This document shows positions 27,490-35,567 of a stretch of DNA of 40,715 nucleotides, one piece after another. Under the pieces are notes generated by a model. It was not told where the DNA came from, searched no databases, and saw only the letters and a list, made by a program, of their open reading frames with translations. A program made the translations under genes and the position numbers. Source of the DNA: a virus (taxonomy: Duplodnaviria; Heunggongvirae; Uroviricota; Caudoviricetes). Location of the stretch: the IMG/VR virus record IMGVR_UViG_2851933302_000004; one strand, written 5' to 3'. Every line of letters begins with the position of its first letter. Position 1 is the first letter of the stretch.

Positions 27490-28962
27490 TGCAAAAGGAT
27501 CATAGTCTGTGATGGCTTTGCCTTGCTGGTTCTGCTGCCCGGGAATTCGCAGACGCTTCGACACAGGGAACGCAAACGTCAGCAGTAGCGCATCGCCTTT
27601 ACCAGGAGAACGCCCAAGTCGCTCTTTGATATCTTCCTTCGGTTCGATAACGATTTTACCGTCCACGCGAACTTTGTACTCTGCCGTCGACAGGTCGTCC
27701 GCTGTTTCCTGGTCATCCAGCATGCCGCCGAGCCTCAGCCATGTCTTGCATGAGTTGAACATCTCCCCACGCTTGTTGAGCATCTGCGGGTCAGTAGACG
27801 CGCCACCGAACGGAACAAGTTGCCATGTACGACCCCAGCCGTCACCGATTGACTTCAAACCGGTTCCGTAACCGAAGTCGATGAACACCGCGTCAGCCTG
27901 ATACTGGTCTTCAAAGTCAGCGATACGCTTCGCCATAATCAGATCGTCGGTAGTCTTGTTGCCAGTCCACAGCACCTTACTGTGTAGCCCCTGCCGCAGG
28001 TATATCACCGCGTCATCAACGCCTGAATATGCCGGGTCAACACCGATTATCACCGGAGCATGTGCCACCTGCGCAGCGGTTACCACCCGTTTCATTGCCT
28101 CGTCAGTAAGACCGGTAGGGATAAACTGCAATTCAGATGCATCAGGGAATATGCCACGCACACGGATTTTAACGAAGTCGCTATCTTCCCCATAGTCATC
28201 AACCCATTTCTGCAACTGCTGTTTGTTGGTGCCTTCCACCGTCCTGCTGTCAATCTGCGCAGTTTTCCAGCGGTGTTTGTATTTGCGGAAACATTCACGG
28301 AAACGCCCGGTGTTACGTGTAGGGTTTCCGAAAGCCACCCAGATAATCTCAGTGTCTTCGTCCGTTAGCGCACCCTCGGCAACTTCCCACACCAGATCCG
28401 CAATGTTCGACGCTTCATCAAATACCACGATGATGCGTTTACGCTCGTTGTGTAGTCCGGCGAATGCCTCAGTGTTGTGCTCAGACCAGGGGATTGCGTC
28501 AGCTCGCCACCGCTTGTCGTGCCCAGGGTCATTGCTGTACATCGCGGTAGCGGTACAGGTAAACCAGTCTTTCGTGATAGCAAGGTTTGACCACTTGATA
28601 ATTTCCGGCCAGGTCTTCGTTCGTAGCTGGTTGTCGGTGTTGGCGGTCACCACGACCTTACAATCCTCGCAAGTGGACATGCCCCAGTTGATCAGCATTG
28701 AGATGAATGCGGATTTACCAATACCGTGACCAGAAGCACGTGCCAGCATAAGCGGCTGATATCGCGTCTCTGGATTCTGCAGGTGATCACGTATCTCTCG
28801 GAACGCATCGGCCTGCCACTGACGTGGACCGGTGGCATGTGCCAGTTCAGTACCCTCTTCCCCCCACGGGAACGCATAGAGGGCATAGCCAAGCGGATCG
28901 TGAGTGAACCCTGCAATATCCTCGATTAACTGCTCTTCAGGAGATAACGCTGTATCTGTCAC
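27487..28962 (-). CDS. Terminase large subunit
   Basis: 491 aa; Walker A-like ASGHGIGKS, ATPase and nuclease segments; coupled to upstream small subunit. Confidence 0.85.
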   Translation of the reverse strand: MTDTALSPEEQLIEDIAGFTHDPLGYALYAFPWGEEGTELAHATGPRQWQADAFREIRDHLQNPETRYQPLMLARASGHGIGKSAFISMLINWGMSTCEDCKVVVTANTDNQLRTKTWPEIIKWSNLAITKDWFTCTATAMYSNDPGHDKRWRADAIPWSEHNTEAFAGLHNERKRIIVVFDEASNIADLVWEVAEGALTDEDTEIIWVAFGNPTRNTGRFRECFRKYKHRWKTAQIDSRTVEGTNKQQLQKWVDDYGEDSDFVKIRVRGIFPDASELQFIPTGLTDEAMKRVVTAAQVAHAPVIIGVDPAYSGVDDAVIYLRQGLHSKVLWTGNKTTDDLIMAKRIADFEDQYQADAVFIDFGYGTGLKSIGDGWGRTWQLVPFGGASTDPQMLNKRGEMFNSCKTWLRLGGMLDDQETADDLSTAEYKVRVDGKIVIEPKEDIKERLGRSPGKGDALLLTFAFPVSKRLRIPGQQNQQGKAITDYDPFA

Positions 28963-29555
28963 TGATTGCCATCCTGGCGTTCTTTCAGTCTCTTCCTGGC
29001 TGCCGCTATGCGATCAGCAATTGTCACATTCACATTAACATCCAGGCGTTCTTTGAATGCGTTGACGTCGACGTGCTTACCAATCAGTTCGAGGTTCTTC
29101 ACCTTGTCAGGCCATTTAATTTTTTTGAGGATTGTCTCTATCGAATCCTCGTTCATGTTCATGATGGTCGATGACAGATCAAAGCCACTAAGCGTAGTGC
29201 GCCAGATTTTCGGCCACTCGCGGATTGGCTTAAGGCTCCCATCGTCGTTGAGGATGTCGATCACGTCCATCTGGTCGATCTCCACCAGGCGCATGAGAAC
29301 GTAATCAGCACTGACGCGCATTCGTTTGTTGCGCTCTTCCATCAGCTCGGCAATCCGTTTTTGAATGCGTTCATCGCGCATCATGAGACTGGCTTTAACT
29401 GCCGCTGTATTTGGGGAGAATCCTGCGTTAATCGCTGCCTGAGTCTGGTTTTCAGGCGTTTTGATGTATGACTGGCAATAAGCCTCCTGCATTGCTGTTA
29501 GTGGCTTAAATTGCGTTGATTTGCGTTTATAGGCTTTAGGTTCAGCAGGCATCAT
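28959..29555 (-). CDS. Terminase small subunit; start placed at internal ATG
   Basis: ORF 28959..29651 trimmed to ATG 29555 because a hairpin terminator lies at 29596..29624; protein resembles recalled terminase small subunit families. Confidence 0.55.
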   Translation of the reverse strand: MMPAEPKAYKRKSTQFKPLTAMQEAYCQSYIKTPENQTQAAINAGFSPNTAAVKASLMMRDERIQKRIAELMEERNKRMRVSADYVLMRLVEIDQMDVIDILNDDGSLKPIREWPKIWRTTLSGFDLSSTIMNMNEDSIETILKKIKWPDKVKNLELIGKHVDVNAFKERLDVNVNVTIADRIAAARKRLKERQDGNQ

Positions 29556-29595
29556 AACCACCGTGGTAATAGTTACCGTTGTGGTAATAGTACCA

Positions 29596-29624
29596 TGCAA
29601 AATAAAGCCGCCATAGTTGGCGGC
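29596..29624 (-). terminator. Intrinsic terminator in the leader of the late (terminase) operon
   Basis: Minus-strand RNA: GCCGCC-AACTAT-GGCGGC followed by UUUAUUUUG. Confidence 0.5.
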
Positions 29625-29662
29625 AGTATTCAAAACCATCAAATTCATCATGCATAACCCAC

Positions 29663-29678
29663 TCGTGACATGTCACAA
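29663..29678. repeat. Palindromic repeat CGTGACATGTCACAAT copy A, upstream of late operon leader
   Basis: Identical to 27447..27462; overlaps stop codon of the upstream Cys-rich gene. Confidence 0.6.
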
Positions 29679-30014
29679 TATTAATTTCGTTTCATGCCAG
29701 CCTTTGGTCACCCAGCATTGCGAGTCACCATTACACGGGCATGAATTCACAGGAACTCTCTCGCCGCACTTACCGCAACGTTTTCTGCTGATCGATTTTA
29801 TACGCCCGTGCACGCGAGCATCATCCTGGCGGATAAGTAACGCAATATACTCACCAAATTCGTAAGGCGCACGCCCGGGGCGACGCGTGGCACAGTTACG
29901 CTCCAGCATTTCAATTTCCTGAGCATCAAGCACAATCTCCAGTTTACGCACACCAGATGCAGCTTGTCTGGCTCTCTGAGCGGCTTTGCGCTCTGCTGCT
30001 GATTTAGCCATCAA
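29673..30014 (-). CDS. Cys-rich small protein with putative zinc-ribbon; candidate late-gene regulator by position
   Basis: 113 aa; C-terminal CGKCG..CPCNGDSQC cluster; immediately upstream of late promoter/terminator region. Confidence 0.45.
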   Translation of the reverse strand: MMAKSAAERKAAQRARQAASGVRKLEIVLDAQEIEMLERNCATRRPGRAPYEFGEYIALLIRQDDARVHGRIKSISRKRCGKCGERVPVNSCPCNGDSQCWVTKGWHETKLIL

Positions 30015-30285
30015 TATTCACCTTTATCGCGAACACCTTTACCGGTTTATCACCGAAGTGGGGATGTGTGATTGTCTTGATTTCATATCCGTCATACGGG
30101 ACGTCAATTCTGCGGCTGGAATCGTCGCGCTTCGGATATCCCTTTGTGATAATCAGGCGGTCATACTCGCGGAACATAATTCGCTTATTCCAGTAGTCAT
30201 TACACAGGCGATACTCTTCCGTTTTCTCTCCGCGAATCATGGCATCGAAGTATTCACCTTTAACGGCAAGTTGCAGGTTAGCCAC
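30004..30285 (-). CDS. Hypothetical protein
   Basis: 93 aa ORF in early-left operon. Confidence 0.45.
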   Translation of the reverse strand: MANLQLAVKGEYFDAMIRGEKTEEYRLCNDYWNKRIMFREYDRLIITKGYPKRDDSSRRIDVPYDGYEIKTITHPHFGDKPVKVFAIKVNIDG

Positions 30286-30565
30286 GACCTTCCTCCTTTG
30301 GCTTGTGAATTTGTATCGTCATGCCGCTTTGAGTGGTGACTACAACGACAGAACCAGGCTGAAGACTGTTAAGATTGAATGCTTCGTAAAACGAAGCCAA
30401 GGCCAGCGCTTTTTTATTCTTTCGGTTCCACCAACGCCATCCATTGCTACAGGCTACACTGACAATCCACTGTCCACTCCTGTAAGCCATATAAAACCAG
30501 ATGAGCAAAACCTGAATGAATGCTATCCAGTCAATAATCGTATATTTCGCGAAGGAGACCATCAA
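30278..30565 (-). CDS. Hypothetical small membrane protein
   Basis: 95 aa with hydrophobic N-terminal half. Confidence 0.4.
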   Translation of the reverse strand: MMVSFAKYTIIDWIAFIQVLLIWFYMAYRSGQWIVSVACSNGWRWWNRKNKKALALASFYEAFNLNSLQPGSVVVVTTQSGMTIQIHKPKEEGRG

Positions 30566-31134
30566 TTAACCTCCTGCGGCGGTTCCGGTAGAGGCATCCA
30601 GTACAAGGCGTTCCCTAACCACGATAAAGTGCCGTCGCTCAACTCCACGTATTCCCCTTGTACCTGTCCTGCCATATACTCGCCGTGCTTTGAATAAATT
30701 AAAATCCAATCATCTTGAGCGGGCATTCGCTCACTACAGCTTATCCAACCATCCGGAGTTACCGGATAGTTGCCCGACAGCTCGTTCAACTTGTAAGTTT
30801 GGCTTACAGGTTCGGCTTCCAGTTCTGCAATGCGCTTCTCTGCAGCTTCCAGCTCAACGCGCAGCTTCCCTACCGTTAGCGCAATTTCCTCGTTCTCCTG
30901 GTCGCGGCGTTTGATGTATTGCTGGTTTCTTTCCCGTTCATCCAGCAGCGCCAGCACGGTTTCTGGTCCGGTCAGAAATTTGAAGGCGTTGAGCGCATCA
31001 ATATCCACACCGTAATCCTTAAGTTCCTGTTCACTTAACAAATCATCATCAACTGGCAACATTAACAGGCGTTCCATTGCCGGAATTGCACGTTCTGCCG
31101 CCTCACGCAGTGCCTGATAGTTAATTTTGGTCAT
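30562..31134 (-). CDS. Hypothetical protein with coiled-coil and C-terminal DUF551-like region
   Basis: ORF trimmed to internal ATG 31134 (MTKINYQ) with GGGGA RBS; C-terminal DGW..WMPLPEPP pattern recalled from DUF551. Confidence 0.45.
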   Translation of the reverse strand: MTKINYQALREAAERAIPAMERLLMLPVDDDLLSEQELKDYGVDIDALNAFKFLTGPETVLALLDERERNQQYIKRRDQENEEIALTVGKLRVELEAAEKRIAELEAEPVSQTYKLNELSGNYPVTPDGWISCSERMPAQDDWILIYSKHGEYMAGQVQGEYVELSDGTLSWLGNALYWMPLPEPPQEVN

Positions 31135-31160
31135 ATCACATCCCCCTGAAGCCGTTGCAT

Positions 31161-31436
31161 TTACGTAAAAAAATCGCAGATATAGCCCTTCATTTTTTCG
31201 TGCCAATCTCGATCATTCCCATTGCACCAACCATCAGGTGGAGTCCAGTTTTCTATCAGAGCAGCCATTTTCTTTGCTTTCGCCGGAGTAGCTGTTGCGG
31301 TATCGCAGTAATGACGAGTGTCAACCAACGTATCCATACCATCGATATCAAGTACGCAAAACCATGTGTGATTCGGCATTTCAACAGATGGTATTTGTTG
31401 CCCACGTCGACGTTTATCAATAAGACATACAGTCAC
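31161..31436 (-). CDS. Hypothetical protein
   Basis: 91 aa ORF, coupled to upstream gene. Confidence 0.4.
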   Translation of the reverse strand: MTVCLIDKRRRGQQIPSVEMPNHTWFCVLDIDGMDTLVDTRHYCDTATATPAKAKKMAALIENWTPPDGWCNGNDRDWHEKMKGYICDFFT

Positions 31437-31954
31437 TGGTTGCCTCCTTTGCGAAGCTGGGCAGCAAAGTCAACTAACCACTCAGTCATTTCAACCTTCC
31501 CTACCAGGTCTGAACCAGGGTGCATACAGCAATCACTCTGCGCCGCTTTGAAATCCTTATACTCATATTCTTGGGCCACCAGATTTTTTGCAGCTTCTAT
31601 AGCAGCATCCACCCCCTGCGCCCGTACTTCAGCCAAGAAAGCGTCGGTGGCTGTGGTTTCGATATCGTTAATTTCAGGAAGAATCTCTTCCCATGTAGCG
31701 ATATCGCCATTCAAATGCCATCCGGCAATTCCACTGGAGTTATCCGCAACACTGCGAACGGCTTCAATAGTTTCATGCATTGCCTCATTCTCCGCTGCCA
31801 GCGCATTAGCACGCACCAGTTGCACTTCCAGTTGCGTTGCCAAATCGCTGATCAGCTTTGCCACACTGCGCATATCAACGGCACCACATTCTGCTTTCAG
31901 TTCCGAAGCCATCTCATGCCCGGCGGCAACTAACCCTTTGATATTACTTTCCAT
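31433..31954 (-). CDS. Hypothetical protein
   Basis: 173 aa acidic helical protein. Confidence 0.45.
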   Translation of the reverse strand: MESNIKGLVAAGHEMASELKAECGAVDMRSVAKLISDLATQLEVQLVRANALAAENEAMHETIEAVRSVADNSSGIAGWHLNGDIATWEEILPEINDIETTATDAFLAEVRAQGVDAAIEAAKNLVAQEYEYKDFKAAQSDCCMHPGSDLVGKVEMTEWLVDFAAQLRKGGNQ

Positions 31955-32015
31955 CTTTACCCTCGCTTATCCACATAACTTATTGATTACATTGATAACT
32001 AAAAAGATCGTCGAT

Positions 32016-32363
32016 TCAGAACTCTTCGATGTTCCAGCCACCACCTGCTTTCTTTGGCTTAACCGTTACCCCGATGATTCGGAACGGATACTGATCTGCG
32101 GCGACTTTGGTTTTCACTCTGGCGTCATCGGTCCAGAATCCCCCTTTCACTTCGTGCAGTTCCATCTCGCCGGTGGCGAGCATCACAGCAAAATCTGGCG
32201 TATAGAACGTGTTGTCAGCTAACCGCAGCTTGATACCCTCAAATCGATACCAGACGATTTCTCCTGCACGTTTACGCAGCTCAAGGTGCTGGCAATACGC
32301 AGATTCTGTTTTGTTCATCTGGCCTGTTTTGAGTCGACCAAGAGCCTGCATCTGTTTTCTCAT
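32016..32363 (-). CDS. PD-(D/E)XK-type nuclease-like protein
   Basis: 115 aa; TPDFAVM and ELHEVKGG fit a PD..(D/E)XK motif; operator copy overlaps its RBS. Confidence 0.45.
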   Translation of the reverse strand: MRKQMQALGRLKTGQMNKTESAYCQHLELRKRAGEIVWYRFEGIKLRLADNTFYTPDFAVMLATGEMELHEVKGGFWTDDARVKTKVAADQYPFRIIGVTVKPKKAGGGWNIEEF

Positions 32364-32366
32364 GAT

Positions 32367-32381
32367 TTACCCCTTAGGTAA
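32367..32381. promoter_or_regulatory. Operator-like palindrome TTACC-N5-GGTAA (copy 5) overlapping the RBS of the nuclease-like gene
   Basis: TTACCCCTTAGGTAA 3 nt from the start codon; AACCACATAAG at 32387..32397. Confidence 0.45.
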
Positions 32382-32428
32382 TTAAAAACCACATAAGACA
32401 CGAAATCAATAGATTTTAGAATATTTTA

Positions 32429-32443
32429 TTACCTCTAAGGTAA
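32429..32443. promoter_or_regulatory. Operator-like palindrome TTACC-N5-GGTAA (copy 6)
   Basis: TTACCTCTAAGGTAA in the intergenic region downstream of the P-like gene. Confidence 0.45.
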
Positions 32444-32480
32444 TTATCGAGACGTAAAAAAATGCGCTATCGCGCTGGTA

Positions 32481-33281
32481 TTACTTGATAAATCCTGACG
32501 CCTTTCCCCGCCTGTATTCCTCCATCAGCCACTGCGCCGGTGTTATTCCCCCAAGGGTGGCGGCGTTAGGCATGCACCCGAAACTTCGCCCTGGTGGATG
32601 GTAAACGTCTCTCCCTGTGTCCGGAGGCGTACTCATGGGTTCTGGCTTTGCCTGTATGCTGATCACCGGATCGGGTATCTGCTGTCCGGAAGCCACCTTT
32701 TTCGCCCAATCATCGAGCAGCCTGCGCGCGTGTTTCTCAACCTCAATCTCGCTAAGCTGGCGCTGATACATTGCACGGCGGGTATCACATACGACCCAGT
32801 ACATAACCGGATGTCGCCACGGGAATCTTTCGGGACCACCAGGATATAAACTTTTTTCCTTGCTGTACCGGTGAAACTCCGCCATCACATCGTCAATGGT
32901 GACGCCAAGAACCATCTTGCTGTCTTTACACCACTTGATGAATTGCCCTGGCGACGGCCAGAACGGAGACTCACTGGCGCGGGCGTGGCGCATACCAGCA
33001 GAAACCTGTTCACGGGTTCGGATCCCCCCTTCGGCAAACGCAGCAATCCACTGCTGTTTTGCAGCAACTTCCTGCTCTGGCGTCTTCAGGTTGGTTACCA
33101 CTGCCGCCGGAAACAGTTGTTTCAGCTGTTTGAAAAGGGCATCAACAAGCCTCTCTGCTGACATGTTCACCACGTTGTCATTGTTGGTGTACTGATGCTC
33201 ATAACCTGACATGCGAGAAAGGGCTTCTCCGTCACGGTTTTGTATCGCGGTAAAAACGTTGTTCACAAGAAATCCTCCCAT
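32481..33281 (-). CDS. Replication protein P-like (replicative helicase loader)
   Basis: 266 aa; strong similarity to recalled lambda P (LFPAAVV..QQWIAAFAEGGIRTREQV..PFWPSPGQFIKWC). Confidence 0.8.
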   Translation of the reverse strand: MGGFLVNNVFTAIQNRDGEALSRMSGYEHQYTNNDNVVNMSAERLVDALFKQLKQLFPAAVVTNLKTPEQEVAAKQQWIAAFAEGGIRTREQVSAGMRHARASESPFWPSPGQFIKWCKDSKMVLGVTIDDVMAEFHRYSKEKSLYPGGPERFPWRHPVMYWVVCDTRRAMYQRQLSEIEVEKHARRLLDDWAKKVASGQQIPDPVISIQAKPEPMSTPPDTGRDVYHPPGRSFGCMPNAATLGGITPAQWLMEEYRRGKASGFIK

Positions 33282-34078
33282 GCTTCAGGGCTGTTCCAGT
33301 GCGGAACGTTGTTATCAGGTAATGTTGATTGCTTCTGTCTGCTAATCTGCAGCCGCCTTGCCAGCTTCTGCTCCCACTGTGCCTGATGGTATGCCTTACC
33401 CTCAGCCATCCAGTAAATTCTGAACTCTGCAAGTTCCTGTGCCGTTGGCAGACTGTCCAGGCAGATCCCCTGCAATGAGCTTTTCCGAAGAAAGTCATCT
33501 GATGGCTGCCATTGTTCATGCATGACAAATTTGCCTAATTGCCCTGGCCCACCAGGAGGAACAAAGTTATTCATCACGGCGTTGTTTGCGCCGGGGTCAT
33601 GATGCACAGAATCCCCGTTTTTTGTCCTGCTCTCCCTCTCTTGGTTAAATGACTGGTTATATGACTGGTTCTGGATCCCGTTTTTGGGATCATTCAACAT
33701 CCCGTTTTTGGGATCATTCAACATCCCGTTTTTGGGTATATTCCCGTTTTCGGTAACATTACCGTTTTCGGGTTCATTGCCCCCCTCTCGGTTGCCTTTA
33801 ATGTTCCCGTTTTTGGTTATATTAAGAGAGAAAACCCGCACTCTTTTTGTCGCTCCCTTTCTCTCCCCGGTATCTGAAATAAGCCCCATTTTCATGAGCG
33901 ATATAAGTCCGGCCTGCACGGTTTTTTTATTCAGGCAAGTGTCTTTAACGAGGCGTTCTATGCTGGGGTAGCAGAGGTTATATTCATCGGCTCTGTCAGC
34001 CATCGAGAGCAGTATGAGCTTTAATGACGAGCTACCTGGATCTGTCTCCCAGGCCCAATCTGTTGCATGTCTGCTCAT
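33263..34078 (-). CDS. Replication initiator, lambda O-like, with origin iterons inside the gene
   Basis: 271 aa; N-terminal HTH-like region, central Asn/Gly repeat (PKNGMLND x2) encoded by iterons, C-terminal domain; directly upstream of P-like gene. Confidence 0.7.
   Translation of the reverse strand: MSRHATDWAWETDPGSSSLKLILLSMADRADEYNLCYPSIERLVKDTCLNKKTVQAGLISLMKMGLISDTGERKGATKRVRVFSLNITKNGNIKGNREGGNEPENGNVTENGNIPKNGMLNDPKNGMLNDPKNGIQNQSYNQSFNQERESRTKNGDSVHHDPGANNAVMNNFVPPGGPGQLGKFVMHEQWQPSDDFLRKSSLQGICLDSLPTAQELAEFRIYWMAEGKAYHQAQWEQKLARRLQISRQKQSTLPDNNVPHWNSPEAWEDFL
33677..33824. repeat. Origin-like iteron array: two perfect 24-bp tandem repeats plus about four degenerate copies of CCCGTTTT(T/C)GG
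   Basis: CCCGTTTTTGGGATCATTCAACAT at 33677..33700 and 33701..33724, then degenerate copies through 33824. Confidence 0.7.
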
Positions 34079-34093
34079 GATTAATCTCCGCTA

Positions 34094-34294
34094 TCAGCTT
34101 GAATGTTGTGGGGAGGAATTAATCATGATCTGCTTAATCTCTGCCCTGATACGACGGTTTGATTCCATGGTGCACTCAACACAGTGTCCGTTGTAAACCC
34201 AGCGTTCACTGTCATGTCCGTGCTTACATGTTTTTCCGGTGTAGTAGCGTTTAAGTCCGCGCTTTGCGGCATCAATACGTGTAATGATTTCCAT
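34094..34294 (-). CDS. Small zinc-finger protein in the cII position
   Basis: ORF trimmed to ATG 34294; CKHGH..CVEC cluster; between Cro-like and O genes. Confidence 0.4.
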   Translation of the reverse strand: MEIITRIDAAKRGLKRYYTGKTCKHGHDSERWVYNGHCVECTMESNRRIRAEIKQIMINSSPQHSS

Positions 34295-34374
34295 GGTAAG
34301 CCCTGTTATTAGTATTGGGATTACGGTCATTTTGTGCTGACACAAAAAAAAGATCAACCAGATTTGGTTTTTTA

Positions 34375-34389
34375 TTACCTTTGAGGTAC
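34375..34389. promoter_or_regulatory. Operator-like palindrome (copy 7, one half-site mismatch)
   Basis: TTACCTTTGAGGTAC followed by GAATAGATAT also seen next to copy 1. Confidence 0.35.
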
Positions 34390-34444
34390 GAATAGATATG
34401 AAAAGACCGCCGGATGGCGGTCTACAGAGGGTTGTGGCTGGATA

Positions 34445-34675
34445 TCATGAGTAGAAGAAGTATGCCAATTCTGCTTTTGAGCGCAGCCATTGTCTTGTTT
34501 TACAGGCTTTAAAAAGCCCATTCATCAATACCTTACCTGGCATTTTGCGCTTACCTGTTAAGTGAGTCTGGATATAGTGACTCGTCGTTCCGGCTTCCTG
34601 TGCGAAGGCTTCACGCTCATCCGGAGTAAGTGCAAGCCAGTGCTTTTTGAAATCGAAATGTCCGTTATCGCTCAT
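34445..34675 (-). CDS. Cro-like small HTH regulator
   Basis: 76 aa; divergent from repressor gene; first gene of leftward early operon; HTH-like segment. Confidence 0.55.
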   Translation of the reverse strand: MSDNGHFDFKKHWLALTPDEREAFAQEAGTTSHYIQTHLTGKRKMPGKVLMNGLFKACKTRQWLRSKAELAYFFYS

Positions 34676-34711
34676 AGCTATTGCCTGATATTTATTTCAG
34701 ATAATAAATAT

Positions 34712-34774
34712 TCACCCATAAGGTAACAAAAATCAAGGATAGTTACCTGTGGGGTGCATTTACCTGTTGGGTAA
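34712..34774. promoter_or_regulatory. Immunity-region operator cluster: three TTACC-N5-GGTAA-type sites in the repressor/cro divergent region
   Basis: TCACCCATAAGGTAA (34712..34726), TTACCTGTGGGGTGC (34743..34757, weak), TTACCTGTTGGGTAA (34760..34774). Confidence 0.55.
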
Positions 34775-34829
34775 TATTGCTTTAAATTGAATCATCTACT
34801 GATTCATATACGAGGCGATTTTCCAGAAA

Positions 34830-35414
34830 ATGAAAAGTATCCAGGACGTCCGCAGGCAAAATCTCAACGACTTGATCGACCGTGAATTCAATGGTGTTCA
34901 GACGCGGATGGCAGAAAAACTTGGAACTCAGGCAAATCTGGTAAACCGCTGGGCTCTTGGCAAGAAGGTTATCGGCGACCAGGTTGCGCGAAAAATTGAA
35001 GCTGCCGCCAATAAACCCCGTAACTGGCTTGATATCGATCGCTCGCTTTCTCAGGAAGGTTTTCAGCCTGTCGGCCCAAGCGACATTGGCCAGCTGGCGG
35101 CTCACAACCTGGAACGCTGGATGAGCGAAAGCCGCGACCTTTCAACACAGGGAAAACTTCACCGCGCATCCGGCGTCGCCCAGGTGACAATCAGCCGCCT
35201 GTTAAACAATGAGGTCAGCGTTTCCATTTCCACCCTGGAGAATGTTGCATCCGCATTCGGGCGTCACGGCTATGAATTACTGATTCACCCGCACGACCCT
35301 GCGACCATCAACTATGACCGCTCGCGCTACGCATTGTTACCCGAAACCGAGAAAGCAAAGATCGAAAGTTACATTGAATTTGTCATCAACCAGAACGAAA
35401 AAAACAAACAATAA
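34830..35414 (+). CDS. Prophage repressor with two HTH-like segments and no recognisable LexA-type autocleavage domain
   Basis: 194 aa; divergent from cro-like gene across operator cluster; no Ala-Gly or Ser-Lys peptidase segment seen. Confidence 0.6.
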   Translation: MKSIQDVRRQNLNDLIDREFNGVQTRMAEKLGTQANLVNRWALGKKVIGDQVARKIEAAANKPRNWLDIDRSLSQEGFQPVGPSDIGQLAAHNLERWMSESRDLSTQGKLHRASGVAQVTISRLLNNEVSVSISTLENVASAFGRHGYELLIHPHDPATINYDRSRYALLPETEKAKIESYIEFVINQNEKNKQ

Positions 35415-35434
35415 AATCATATTTTTCAGTAAGT

Positions 35435-35458
35435 AAGCCGCCTTCTGGCGGCTTTTTT
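35435..35458 (+). terminator. Rho-independent terminator after the repressor gene
   Basis: AAGCCGCC-TTCT-GGCGGCTT followed by TTTTTT. Confidence 0.7.
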
Positions 35459-35471
35459 ATTGCCTATGCTA

Positions 35472-35548
35472 TTACCTAATGGGTAATTTTTTTAACTCAT
35501 ATCTATTGACATCAAACCAAATACGCATAATTATTACCTCAACGGTAA
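35472..35548 (+). promoter_or_regulatory. Rightward early promoter region: TTGACA -35 box flanked by two operator palindromes
   Basis: TTACCTAATGGGTAA (35472..35486), TTGACA (35506..35511), AT-rich -10 candidates, TTACCTCAACGGTAA (35534..35548). Confidence 0.5.
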
Positions 35549-35567
35549 CAGACCGAGGTAACAAGTT

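Noticed and set aside
29570-29600. GGTAATAGTTACC inverted arrangement near the terminase start
   Set aside because: Half-sites in reversed orientation with 3-nt spacing, unlike the operator family; probably incidental.
28959-29651. Long form of small terminase starting at 29651
   Set aside because: Extension encodes an implausible Thr/Val-rich leader and would contain a hairpin terminator; internal ATG at 29555 preferred.
31155-32222. 355-aa plus-strand ORF
   Set aside because: Low-complexity Ser/Ala/Ile-rich translation lying antisense to three well-formed minus-strand genes; classic shadow ORF.
34343-34350. A8 homopolymer as possible phase-variation tract
   Set aside because: Intergenic and short; no ORF whose frame would depend on it.
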